Shown here: piece after piece, positions 52,299 to 60,459 of the stretch
Position numbering within the stretch: the stretch's first letter is position 1
Layout: each line of letters opens with the position of its first letter
Source of the DNA: Candidatus Woesebacteria bacterium
GTDB lineage: Bacteria > Patescibacteriota > Microgenomatia > UBA8517
Direction: 5' to 3'
Length of the DNA stretch: 64,000 nucleotides
Assembly: GCA_013374855.1 (NCBI GenBank)
Contig: CP055308.1
Span: forward strand, 725,310 to 789,309
Position numbers and translations under genes: made by a program
The notes under the pieces: model-generated
What the model was told of the DNA's origin: nothing
The model's input: the letters and a program-made list of their open reading frames with translations, nothing else
Databases searched by the model: none

Positions 52299-52440
52299 AT
52301 AAAGCCTAAACCCCTTCTGGGGCATGGCTAAGAAAACCCATCACAGGCGGTAAGCTCCTCGTCAGAGCACCTGTGATGGGTCATATCCCGAAAGGGGTAT
52401 GGGTAGTCGAAAGGCTATCGCTGGCGGGGAGCTTTTTGTT
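52299..52440 (+). ncRNA. Candidate structured ncRNA
   Basis: Extended -10 promoter, several stems with G-U wobbles, two GAAA tetraloops, receptor-like motif, U-run. Confidence 0.7.
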
Positions 52441-52497
52441 TCCCTTGATTTGACAATCTCCCCCAAGCGAAGTTAATATAGCCAACCATATCAAAAT

Positions 52498-53166
52498 ATG
52501 ACAATGAAAATAAAAAATAAGGCTCGTATTATCGCTCCGTTTCTGTTTGTTGCCCTCCTGTTATTGGCTGGTGGTCTGTATTGGTATAAGTCATCCCAGG
52601 ACAGGTTTGCTGCTCCTCGTAAAGATGCTCCGATGGTTAAATTTCGAGTTGATAAACAAAATACCCTCATGGCGGTTACTGGCAATCTTGTCTACTACGG
52701 CTTTGTTAAAGATGAGGAAGCACTCAAATATGCTCTGGAATACACCAAAGACAATACTCCTGGTAAGCCTGGGGCAATCAAGGTGGGCAACAACACCATC
52801 GATACCGAGACCGTCTATGATATTTCTCAATCAATGAACGCCTGGGAGATTGCCCGAATTCTTCTTAATGAAGGCACGCCCAGTGTCAGGGATTGCGATC
52901 ATGGTTGTGAAGAATATAACCCCTTTACTCCAGCCCTTCTGCCTGGAGGAGATATTGCTCCTACTTGGCAAGAGCGTATGCGGGCTAAATATAGCTGGGT
53001 AAAAAACTATGATGACTGTCTTAAAGCTATTGGTCATGATGGGGGTCAAGTAACTTCTGAGGAGGCTTCCAAGCGCACTGGTCACCCAAGAGTGTGTAAT
53101 ACAGCAGACGGTCGTTATTTTATTCAAGGAAAAGAAGGCTGGAGTGATTATCCGCCTTACCCGTAA
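52498..53166 (+). CDS. Membrane-anchored protein with MltG/YceG N-terminal-like domain and small Cys domain
   Basis: TM; FRV...L..YGFVK...YDISQSMNAWEIA pattern; no catalytic MltG domain. Confidence 0.55.
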   Translation: MTMKIKNKARIIAPFLFVALLLLAGGLYWYKSSQDRFAAPRKDAPMVKFRVDKQNTLMAVTGNLVYYGFVKDEEALKYALEYTKDNTPGKPGAIKVGNNTIDTETVYDISQSMNAWEIARILLNEGTPSVRDCDHGCEEYNPFTPALLPGGDIAPTWQERMRAKYSWVKNYDDCLKAIGHDGGQVTSEEASKRTGHPRVCNTADGRYFIQGKEGWSDYPPYP

Positions 53167-53179
53167 AGGAGGTGAGAAT

Positions 53180-53890
53180 ATGAAGATAAAAATTGTCATT
53201 GCACTACTGGTTATTGCCATTTTGGGAGGTGTTTTTGTTTGGTCAAGACAAAGTAGCAAGACCGCTTTATTACCATCAAAACAAACAACTGATGTAACAA
53301 CCCAGGAAGAGACGGTTATCCGTAATTTCATGGCAGAGCCTAACCTCAAGCTGTCTTTTGTTAAGACTGATTTACCGTTTCCAAATTACTTCAGGGTCGG
53401 TAAAGTCACTCAGGTAAATGGTGGTGAGAATATGGAGGCGGTAGAGGAGTGGACACGCCAGGTTAATGTTTATCGCCAAAAGGAATTACTTAATGGACAA
53501 TGCTCGGTTTATGAGTATCACATTGATCCCAGAAGTCATTCCTTGGTAGCAGTTGTCGTTGCGGGGTTAAAGCCTAATGAAATTGAGGCATACAAGGTAA
53601 AGGGTATTGAGTGTAAGACCGAGGTTCACAACTTGCCAGAAATATCTAAGGCAGAGGCTGAAAGTGTTGCCATGGAATATCTAAAACGAGTCTTACCCAA
53701 CTTTGACCAAATTAAAGACAGGTTTGTTTATTCCCATGGTAAAACGCACAGTTGGCTGTGGGAGGACAAAAGCTATAAACTGCCAGATGGTCTAGTGGGT
53801 AGACCTTACTCGTATCCCACGATCCGCATATCGGTAGACAACACCAAAAACATTCAGTATTGGAATACCGTCTCGTTATTCCAAAACTAA
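53180..53890 (+). CDS. Exported protein of unknown function
   Basis: Strong SD AGGAGGTGA (53167-75); N-terminal hydrophobic signal; ISKAEAESVA PepSY-like helix. Confidence 0.7.
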   Translation: MKIKIVIALLVIAILGGVFVWSRQSSKTALLPSKQTTDVTTQEETVIRNFMAEPNLKLSFVKTDLPFPNYFRVGKVTQVNGGENMEAVEEWTRQVNVYRQKELLNGQCSVYEYHIDPRSHSLVAVVVAGLKPNEIEAYKVKGIECKTEVHNLPEISKAEAESVAMEYLKRVLPNFDQIKDRFVYSHGKTHSWLWEDKSYKLPDGLVGRPYSYPTIRISVDNTKNIQYWNTVSLFQN

Positions 53891-54126
53891 GGTCTATCGG
53901 GAGACCTTATCATTCCTCCCATTCAACGATTTCTTGCCCGCCAGCGGTGAGGAGAGATTTTCTGGCGTGATAGACAGTAGGCTCTGGGAGGTCGGACATT
54001 CCTCCATCTACGAGCGGTAGCATCCGAATTTCTACCCTCAGTAGCCTACCAAGCTGAAACATAAAGAAAAATGGAGAAAATATCAATTCGATTTGACAAT
54101 ATCTTTTAACGAAGTTAAATTACCAC

Positions 54127-54335
54127 TGGTTTTGACGCTCGAAATACACCCTTTATAAGGGGAAACTCTCCAGGCGAGCCCAATCAAGTATGGAGGTTTT
54201 AGGAGTCCTCCCAGAACCACTGCAGATTACCTCAACAAATCCCCAACGAGGCTGGTGAAGCTGAATAGAGGTAAAAACTATGCCACCCCAGGCACGAAAA
54301 CCCCACAGAAGGCGACACACGGGGCAACGGGGTTA
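54127..54335 (+). ncRNA. Candidate structured RNA or leader
   Basis: TTGACA-17-TAAATT promoter (54093-54121), several stems, no long ORF. Confidence 0.4.
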
Positions 54336-55166
54336 ATACAACTTAGTATTCCTTCGCAAGACTTCGTCGGCGATTTTCTGCATAAAATGCAGATCTAAAT
54401 CTATGTTAGTATAAAAATCTAAAAGTAGTGGGTAAAACACCTTTTTTGCTTGCCATGACTTCGCTCCACCGCCGTGAGCTACGGCACATCGCACATATTT
54501 ATAAAAACGGTTCACAAATCTTTTAGTCACTTTGTAACCAGCATAGACTGGTGCTCCTGTCTTAACATGCCAACCTGTTCTCTCTCTGACGGTTTTAAGG
54601 GAAACGATTTCGTTTACCAACTCTGTGTCTTTTTTCTTATACCACCCCTCAAAAAATCTCCATAACTGCAAAACTCTATAATCAATCGGTTTGCTTTCAT
54701 CACGAGCCTCTCGATAAAAATGGAGAACACGCCTGGGATTTTTCTTCTTATTTAAGAAATCAAGATTTCTGCAGAATCCGTCGCCTCCGTTAATAACTTG
54801 CGTTTTCTTCCATTCTTCTGCCTCCTCGAAGCTGCCTTCATGCAGTAACCATGTCTTTGAGTTATATTGACAGGTCACAGGGAAAGCAAAATAGGCATAG
54901 GTTTGATATTTAGCTGCGCAGGCGCTCAAAGTCATGAGCGCAAAACCATAAGCCTGTATAAGAATTTCTGATTCTTTAACTTTCCTTTTCTCTAATTCAG
55001 AAACATCCACCGCTAAACCTGAAAGATTCTGAAAACGCTCTGGGGGATTACTGCTGGGGAGATTAGAACTCGAAGTTGGATCGGCAACAAATCTTCCTCC
55101 CTGGAAACTTAGAGTTCCTTGTATACAGAGTCCCGTCCGTAAATTCTTAAAGATAACTTCGCTCAT
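54333..55166 (-). CDS. HEPN-domain protein (ApeA/MauJ-like)
   Basis: LHFYREA...LWRFFE...VRCAVAH (RxxxxH). Confidence 0.65.
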   Translation of the reverse strand: MSEVIFKNLRTGLCIQGTLSFQGGRFVADPTSSSNLPSSNPPERFQNLSGLAVDVSELEKRKVKESEILIQAYGFALMTLSACAAKYQTYAYFAFPVTCQYNSKTWLLHEGSFEEAEEWKKTQVINGGDGFCRNLDFLNKKKNPRRVLHFYREARDESKPIDYRVLQLWRFFEGWYKKKDTELVNEIVSLKTVRERTGWHVKTGAPVYAGYKVTKRFVNRFYKYVRCAVAHGGGAKSWQAKKVFYPLLLDFYTNIDLDLHFMQKIADEVLRRNTKLY

Positions 55167-55534
55167 ATTTCCTTTTTATGCTCTGTCAATTTCTGCTCTA
55201 AATCTTTGATAACTTTACCGCTTTGACTAACAAACTTTTTGTAGTAATTCTTGGTTCTGTCTATTACTTGGTGAATAAAAACTGGTTTTCCGTCTCTCCC
55301 TACTCGCTCGCCAATAAGTTGCTCATGATTCCACCTATGATCCTTTGAAAAACTATCCTTGCCCTTTTTCTTTACGCCCAATAAATCGTATGCCTTTATT
55401 GAGTCATGAAGACTAAGTCTCACAAACTTATGCCCGCATTCGAGCAGATGATCTATTCGGCTTCCCCGTCGGGTTGTCGTTTTTATTCTTCTTTCAGCAT
55501 TACAAGCTGAGCAAAAAACCTTAGCCATTTTCAT
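55163..55534 (-). CDS. Small basic zinc-ribbon protein
   Basis: CSAC...LECGH. Confidence 0.55.
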   Translation of the reverse strand: MKMAKVFCSACNAERRIKTTTRRGSRIDHLLECGHKFVRLSLHDSIKAYDLLGVKKKGKDSFSKDHRWNHEQLIGERVGRDGKPVFIHQVIDRTKNYYKKFVSQSGKVIKDLEQKLTEHKKEI

Positions 55535-56405
55535 TTTTGAAAACTCCAGATTGTTGTAACTTACGCACCTCTCCGAGCAGATAGTCTAAGTCCATATAAA
55601 AAGGTATCGATTTTTCCGCTCCAAGGATCAGCGCACCTCCATCAATCACAATCCCTTTGTGACTATCAAAGGTTACCTTACCGCCAGTTGCTATAAAACC
55701 TTGATCAAAATCAATCGTTCCACCACTGGAAGATCTCAAAAAAAGTTTTCCGCCGAATTTTGTATCAATAACATGACCGTCAAGATAATTTTTGATTTCT
55801 ATAATTTGTAACCTGCTGGGAGGAGTGAATTTGAGATGTAGAAAAATGTCTCTGAGGCTACCCCTAACAATTACCTCAGCGCCTTTTGTCTCCACATCCC
55901 AGCTACCAACACTTGCCATAATTTCATTTTCGACAATTTCCAGCGTTTCTCCTTTGACTGACTTGAAATAGGCACTAACCAGCGGAGGTTCGTCCTTATT
56001 TAGTTGTTTTACTGATAAAAGATCTTTTTGATCCGCTTTAAGTAAAACTCCATCGGGAGATATAAATACAATTCCTCCAAGAGCGATCTCCAACGGATAT
56101 TCCATATCTTCAAAAAGATAATGAGGTTTATTACCCTGCTTACAAAAAGGCTTACTGTCAGCAATTTTTATTCGTTTACAGCTTAATCTTTTTCTTGTAG
56201 CATCATCGTGATGTTTTGCACACAAAAGAGTTATTCCTTTGGCATTATGCTTTCTGGCTTCGCTGAAAGGAGGATCGAAGTGTTCGTATTCGCAAAACAG
56301 AGATCCACACAGCACACAGCCATAGCCACACCGTTGCCTTACCTCTCGTTTGACATTAAAAGGTATATCTCTCGATAAACCATATTTATTTACTTTCTTG
56401 GACAT
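55521..56405 (-). CDS. HNH endonuclease with beta-rich C-terminal domain
   Basis: IP..VKREVRQRCGYGCVLC...EHFDP...ITLLCAKHH. Confidence 0.8.
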   Translation of the reverse strand: MSKKVNKYGLSRDIPFNVKREVRQRCGYGCVLCGSLFCEYEHFDPPFSEARKHNAKGITLLCAKHHDDATRKRLSCKRIKIADSKPFCKQGNKPHYLFEDMEYPLEIALGGIVFISPDGVLLKADQKDLLSVKQLNKDEPPLVSAYFKSVKGETLEIVENEIMASVGSWDVETKGAEVIVRGSLRDIFLHLKFTPPSRLQIIEIKNYLDGHVIDTKFGGKLFLRSSSGGTIDFDQGFIATGGKVTFDSHKGIVIDGGALILGAEKSIPFYMDLDYLLGEVRKLQQSGVFKNENG

Positions 56406-57123
56406 ATGCGCTTTTGTGAAAGAGATTTTTAACCAAGCTGTCTGCAAATCCAAAAACTTGAAAAACCATTTCCCTGTCAACAAATCTTTTAGCAAAGCCC
56501 CAAACAATGGGATTATCCTTTGCATCTAAATCAACCTCTTTTACTTCTCTTGTTTTAATATCAAGCCTTTTTACCTTTCTGGCTGCTACATTTTTCGTTA
56601 TTTTCTTGATGTTATAATGCAAATAAGGATTTCTAATTGAGTCTTTGAAGCTAATTAACCTTTTTTCTGTTTCTTTATCAATAACACCTAATTGTTTCGC
56701 CTCATTGATAGCTGGATTAAGCTCCATGCTTTCAATCCTATCCCACTCGCTTTCTTTGTAAGTGTTCCCAAATTTCTTTCTGACAATGGCATGTTTGAGA
56801 GAAAACTCAACTAAAACAGCGCTTAGTGAGATGGCAGCTCCATAAAGTCCGAATAGAATACACTCCCGAATTTCATCATAAAGAAAGCCAATTGTAGGGA
56901 TAGCAATATCTGGCGGAGGAGAGAATTTAGTTATGTTAGCTAAGGCAATGGTTTTTCTTTGGGAAAATATCTTTTCGACAGCTTGTTCAGGAGTCAATCT
57001 TTGGGGTTCGTCAAACTTTATTCCTTGCTTCTGGAGTTCCTTTATTGTTTCTGGCTTGCTGATGATGTGGGTTGCACCCTTAGCCAGTTCAGTTAGAAGA
57101 TCATTTATGTTTTTCATAACCAT
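56386..57123 (-). CDS. HEPN-like (DUF4145-type) protein
   Basis: AAISLSAVLVE...L...I..A...G.I...IRNPYLH (RNxxxH). Confidence 0.65.
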   Translation of the reverse strand: MVMKNINDLLTELAKGATHIISKPETIKELQKQGIKFDEPQRLTPEQAVEKIFSQRKTIALANITKFSPPPDIAIPTIGFLYDEIRECILFGLYGAAISLSAVLVEFSLKHAIVRKKFGNTYKESEWDRIESMELNPAINEAKQLGVIDKETEKRLISFKDSIRNPYLHYNIKKITKNVAARKVKRLDIKTREVKEVDLDAKDNPIVWGFAKRFVDREMVFQVFGFADSLVKNLFHKSAYVQESK

Positions 57124-57148
57124 TTACAAAATTGCCTTGGTTGTTTAA

Positions 57149-57754
57149 TTAGACACGCAGGAACAATCCCAAAACAATAAGAATTATCCCTATCATAAAT
57201 AAAATCAACTGTCCGTTTTCAATCTTTTGAGCATCCAGGTGTATAAAATTCAGAATTTTGTTTATCTGTTTCTGCCTCTTTTTAAGATCGGCATCATATT
57301 CTTTCTTAAAGCTCTCTGAGTATGAAAGTATTTCTTTTTCTGGGCTGATGTCGAGACGATAAAACTTTTCAAGAAAATCAAGCGCCTGCTTCTGCTGAAA
57401 TAAATTACTGCTTTCCTCTAATTGAATTTCAAATCGCTTTGATTCAAGACCAAAAAACAGTGAAGCTACACCCAATATCAATGACACGCCCAAACCAGCA
57501 AAACCCAGTTTTGTCAGCAGTGAAACATCAAAGTTTCCTTGTAGGGCGACAAAGATAGAAATTGTTCCACCAGAAATGGTAATTAACTGTAGTCTGAAGT
57601 TTTCGGAGTCTTTTAGCAGACTTTTATGTCTCTCAGAAATTCTTTTTAAGTCTTCAGTGACTTTATCCCTAAAATCTGATAGTGCTTTCTCACCATAGGG
57701 CTTCAGAAATTCTTCAAGATCCTTTTTAGGATTAAAGTTTTTTATATCGATCAT
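57149..57754 (-). CDS. Three-TM membrane protein
   Basis: Two adjacent hydrophobic helices plus a C-terminal TM. Confidence 0.6.
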   Translation of the reverse strand: MIDIKNFNPKKDLEEFLKPYGEKALSDFRDKVTEDLKRISERHKSLLKDSENFRLQLITISGGTISIFVALQGNFDVSLLTKLGFAGLGVSLILGVASLFFGLESKRFEIQLEESSNLFQQKQALDFLEKFYRLDISPEKEILSYSESFKKEYDADLKKRQKQINKILNFIHLDAQKIENGQLILFMIGIILIVLGLFLRV

Positions 57755-57767
57755 ACTTATTTTTTAC

Positions 57768-57792
57768 AAAAACTGCCCAATTAAGGGCAGTT
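57768..57792 (-). terminator. Rho-independent terminator after mod
   Basis: AACTGCCC/GGGCAGTT stem, T-run on the minus strand. Confidence 0.65.
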
Positions 57793-57822
57793 AAACCAGT
57801 AATCTTTGAGAGAAGTATCTGA

Positions 57823-59592
57823 TTACACCTCTTTTGTAACCAGAACTTCTTCTCCTAACATGTCAATGACTTTGACTGCCACTTTGGTTGGTTTTTCGCT
57901 TATTTCAAGCTCATATTCGCCCTTAACCAAATCGTTCTGTTTTTCTGGGACATCCGAGAAACCAATCTTGAATACTTCACCGTCATAATTTGTATCAACC
58001 AACACTACATCGATCATTGATCTGAGATCTGGGATTTTTTTCTGCAAAAGTCCTGGTTCAAGCTCTAAGCGTTTAATGATTGTAGGGGAGATAAAGGATG
58101 TGATTTTAATCTTTACTTTGTCTTTGCCTATTCGCTTGATTTCTACTTCCGCTTTTGATGGTTCGTAACTTACAAAATTCTTGTCTTTGAGGTCAAAGAT
58201 AATAAACTGACGCATGCGTTTCTTGGTTCTGGTGTCTTTATAAGGCTGTTTTTTATTCCATTCTTCAATCCAAGCATCTACCTTTGTCTCCCGACCAAGT
58301 GAGATAACCACCACATCTCTATCCTCGTCTGGGCGCTTATTGAGCTCGTCAACGATTAGCTGGAGGTCAAGTAGGGTTAAGGGATGATTAAAATCTATAA
58401 TTTTTACCAGTTCACCACTATCCCGCAAACCGTCAAAGAAAGTGTCCGTCTTAACCTTAGTAATTCCATATTGCTGGATTGCCAGTTCCTTTGCTTCAGT
58501 TTTTAAGATTCTCAAATCGTAGTTATTAACCTTGTAAATGGCGAAGGTAGGATATTTTGTTTCCTTTTGACCCTTGATAATTTTTTGTAGCCTTTTACTT
58601 GTAACCTGAATTGCCCCCTTATTTACATCAACCCCAATCCAGCGTCTGCCCAGTTTTTGAGCAGCAGCACAAGTTGTTCCAGAACCCATAAAACAGTCCA
58701 GAATCAAATCATCTTCATCCGAAGAAGCCAGGATTACTTTTTCCAAAAGCCTTTCTGGCTTTTGAGTTGCATAATCTGTTCTTTCCAAAGCCATCGCATT
58801 TATAGCTGGTATCCTCCACACATCGGTTGGTAGTCTTAAATCGTTTTTAGCTCTGGTAGCTGATTCAACACCCGTAGCCAATCTTCTCAACACTTCTTCT
58901 CCTCGTTTCTCCAAAATATTCTGAGGGTTAAAGGTGAAGTTAGCACTTTTTGTGTAAAACAATATATTATCGTGTTTTTTACCATACTCATTTTTACTTA
59001 CCCCGCCCGTTTCGTAATTCCAAACAATTTCGGCTTTTAACCCATCTTCGCCAAACACTTCGTCCATTAAAACCTTGATGTAATGCACCATCCTATAATC
59101 CAAGTGAACATAAATACTGCCTGTTTCTGCCAGCAATTCTTTCAATAAAATTAACCGCTCATACATAAACTGGAAGTATTCGTCCCTTTTCCAAATATCT
59201 TCATACATTGTCTGCTGAATGATCGATTCGCTGTCTTCTTCGATCCTGCCTAAATCTTTTAATCCCCGCAGTTCAACTTTTCTCATGTAGTCTTTGTTGC
59301 TGGCAAATGGAGGATCGATATAAATAAGGTCAACTTTACCTCTAAATCCAAGTTCTAAGAGTGTTGCTAAAACTTCTTTGTTATCTCCATGAAATAAGAG
59401 ATTGTGCCAATTTTTTTCAAGCTCTTTGTATTCTGGAATTTTGATTATTTTATTTGTCTGTTTTGGATCAAATGCTTCAATTAGCTGTGTCGGGTAACCT
59501 TGAACTTCTTCAATCGGTTTTTTACCAACCCAGTGGAGCATTGGTCTGCCTTTTGGCGTCGTGATTTTTAGCTTTTTAGCGCTATCTTTCAT
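57823..59592 (-). CDS. Type III restriction-modification methyltransferase Mod
   Basis: LIYIDPPF, YATQKPE, LDCFMGSGTT. Confidence 0.9.
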   Translation of the reverse strand: MKDSAKKLKITTPKGRPMLHWVGKKPIEEVQGYPTQLIEAFDPKQTNKIIKIPEYKELEKNWHNLLFHGDNKEVLATLLELGFRGKVDLIYIDPPFASNKDYMRKVELRGLKDLGRIEEDSESIIQQTMYEDIWKRDEYFQFMYERLILLKELLAETGSIYVHLDYRMVHYIKVLMDEVFGEDGLKAEIVWNYETGGVSKNEYGKKHDNILFYTKSANFTFNPQNILEKRGEEVLRRLATGVESATRAKNDLRLPTDVWRIPAINAMALERTDYATQKPERLLEKVILASSDEDDLILDCFMGSGTTCAAAQKLGRRWIGVDVNKGAIQVTSKRLQKIIKGQKETKYPTFAIYKVNNYDLRILKTEAKELAIQQYGITKVKTDTFFDGLRDSGELVKIIDFNHPLTLLDLQLIVDELNKRPDEDRDVVVISLGRETKVDAWIEEWNKKQPYKDTRTKKRMRQFIIFDLKDKNFVSYEPSKAEVEIKRIGKDKVKIKITSFISPTIIKRLELEPGLLQKKIPDLRSMIDVVLVDTNYDGEVFKIGFSDVPEKQNDLVKGEYELEISEKPTKVAVKVIDMLGEEVLVTKEV

Positions 59593-59632
59593 ACCCTTTG
59601 ACAAAACTGTTAATAAATGTTATTATAATTAT

Positions 59633-59677
59633 GCTGAAAACTGGAGCGAGAGCGTGATGCCTCAAACCAGTTTTTTT
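59633..59677 (+). ncRNA. Candidate small RNA convergent on the DUF3800 gene
   Basis: TTGACA (59598-603), 17 nt, TGt-TATTAT (59621-26); hairpin AAAACTGG/CCAGTTTT ending in T7. Confidence 0.55.
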
Positions 59678-59682
59678 GCATT

Positions 59683-60459
59683 TTACGGCAAAACTTTGTA
59701 ACTTTCTATTTTTGTATAAAACTTCTTTTTCTTATCTCCTGTCTGCGGGTGAACAGCGAACAGTTTATGATTAAATACATTTAAGATATTTTTGTCGTAA
59801 TAAGACAGATCCTCGTTTGGTTTATCAAGAAATTTTACCTTGGCGCCATAAGCTAAAAGATCAGCTATTTGCTCTTCGATATCAAAATTTTTCTTCGTGA
59901 CAAATGAAATTTCAGTTAAGTGTTCTTGGACCTTTTCGTAAGAAATTCCAATATCTGATATTCCCGCTGATAAATAAAAACCGGCAGTTTTATGATAAAT
60001 AAAATCTCTTTCTGTTGAAGCGGATTCAATTACCAATCTTCCTCGGCTGTTAGTGGCAAGAAGAGCAAGGATAAAATTTTTAATCATTATATTGGCTGTT
60101 TCTTTATAAACTTTTTGGCTATTCCAATTCTTTTTTGTCGCTTTTTTGTTGTCTACGATGACTGTAAATATTTGATAGCTGCCTTTATTTAGGAAATCAA
60201 ATAAAAGTTTCTTAAAGTTTTTGTCTATTTCCTTGTCTTTAAGAATAGAGAAATCACCCATTTGTCTTCCAATTTCTCTTGAATGAAAAACAATATCGGT
60301 TTTCTCCCAAAACTTAAATTTAATTTGATCAGATTTTACCTTCAACAACTCTCGATTATCATCGTTTATCAAACAACCGCATAATATATAACAACCGTTT
60401 TTATTAGCCTTTGGGTTAGCAAAACCAGATTCGTCAATAAAAAGATTTTGTAATTTCAT
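59683..60459 (-). CDS. DUF3800 family protein
   Basis: LFIDESG, FHS, QIADLLAY motifs. Confidence 0.85.
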   Translation of the reverse strand: MKLQNLFIDESGFANPKANKNGCYILCGCLINDDNRELLKVKSDQIKFKFWEKTDIVFHSREIGRQMGDFSILKDKEIDKNFKKLLFDFLNKGSYQIFTVIVDNKKATKKNWNSQKVYKETANIMIKNFILALLATNSRGRLVIESASTERDFIYHKTAGFYLSAGISDIGISYEKVQEHLTEISFVTKKNFDIEEQIADLLAYGAKVKFLDKPNEDLSYYDKNILNVFNHKLFAVHPQTGDKKKKFYTKIESYKVLP

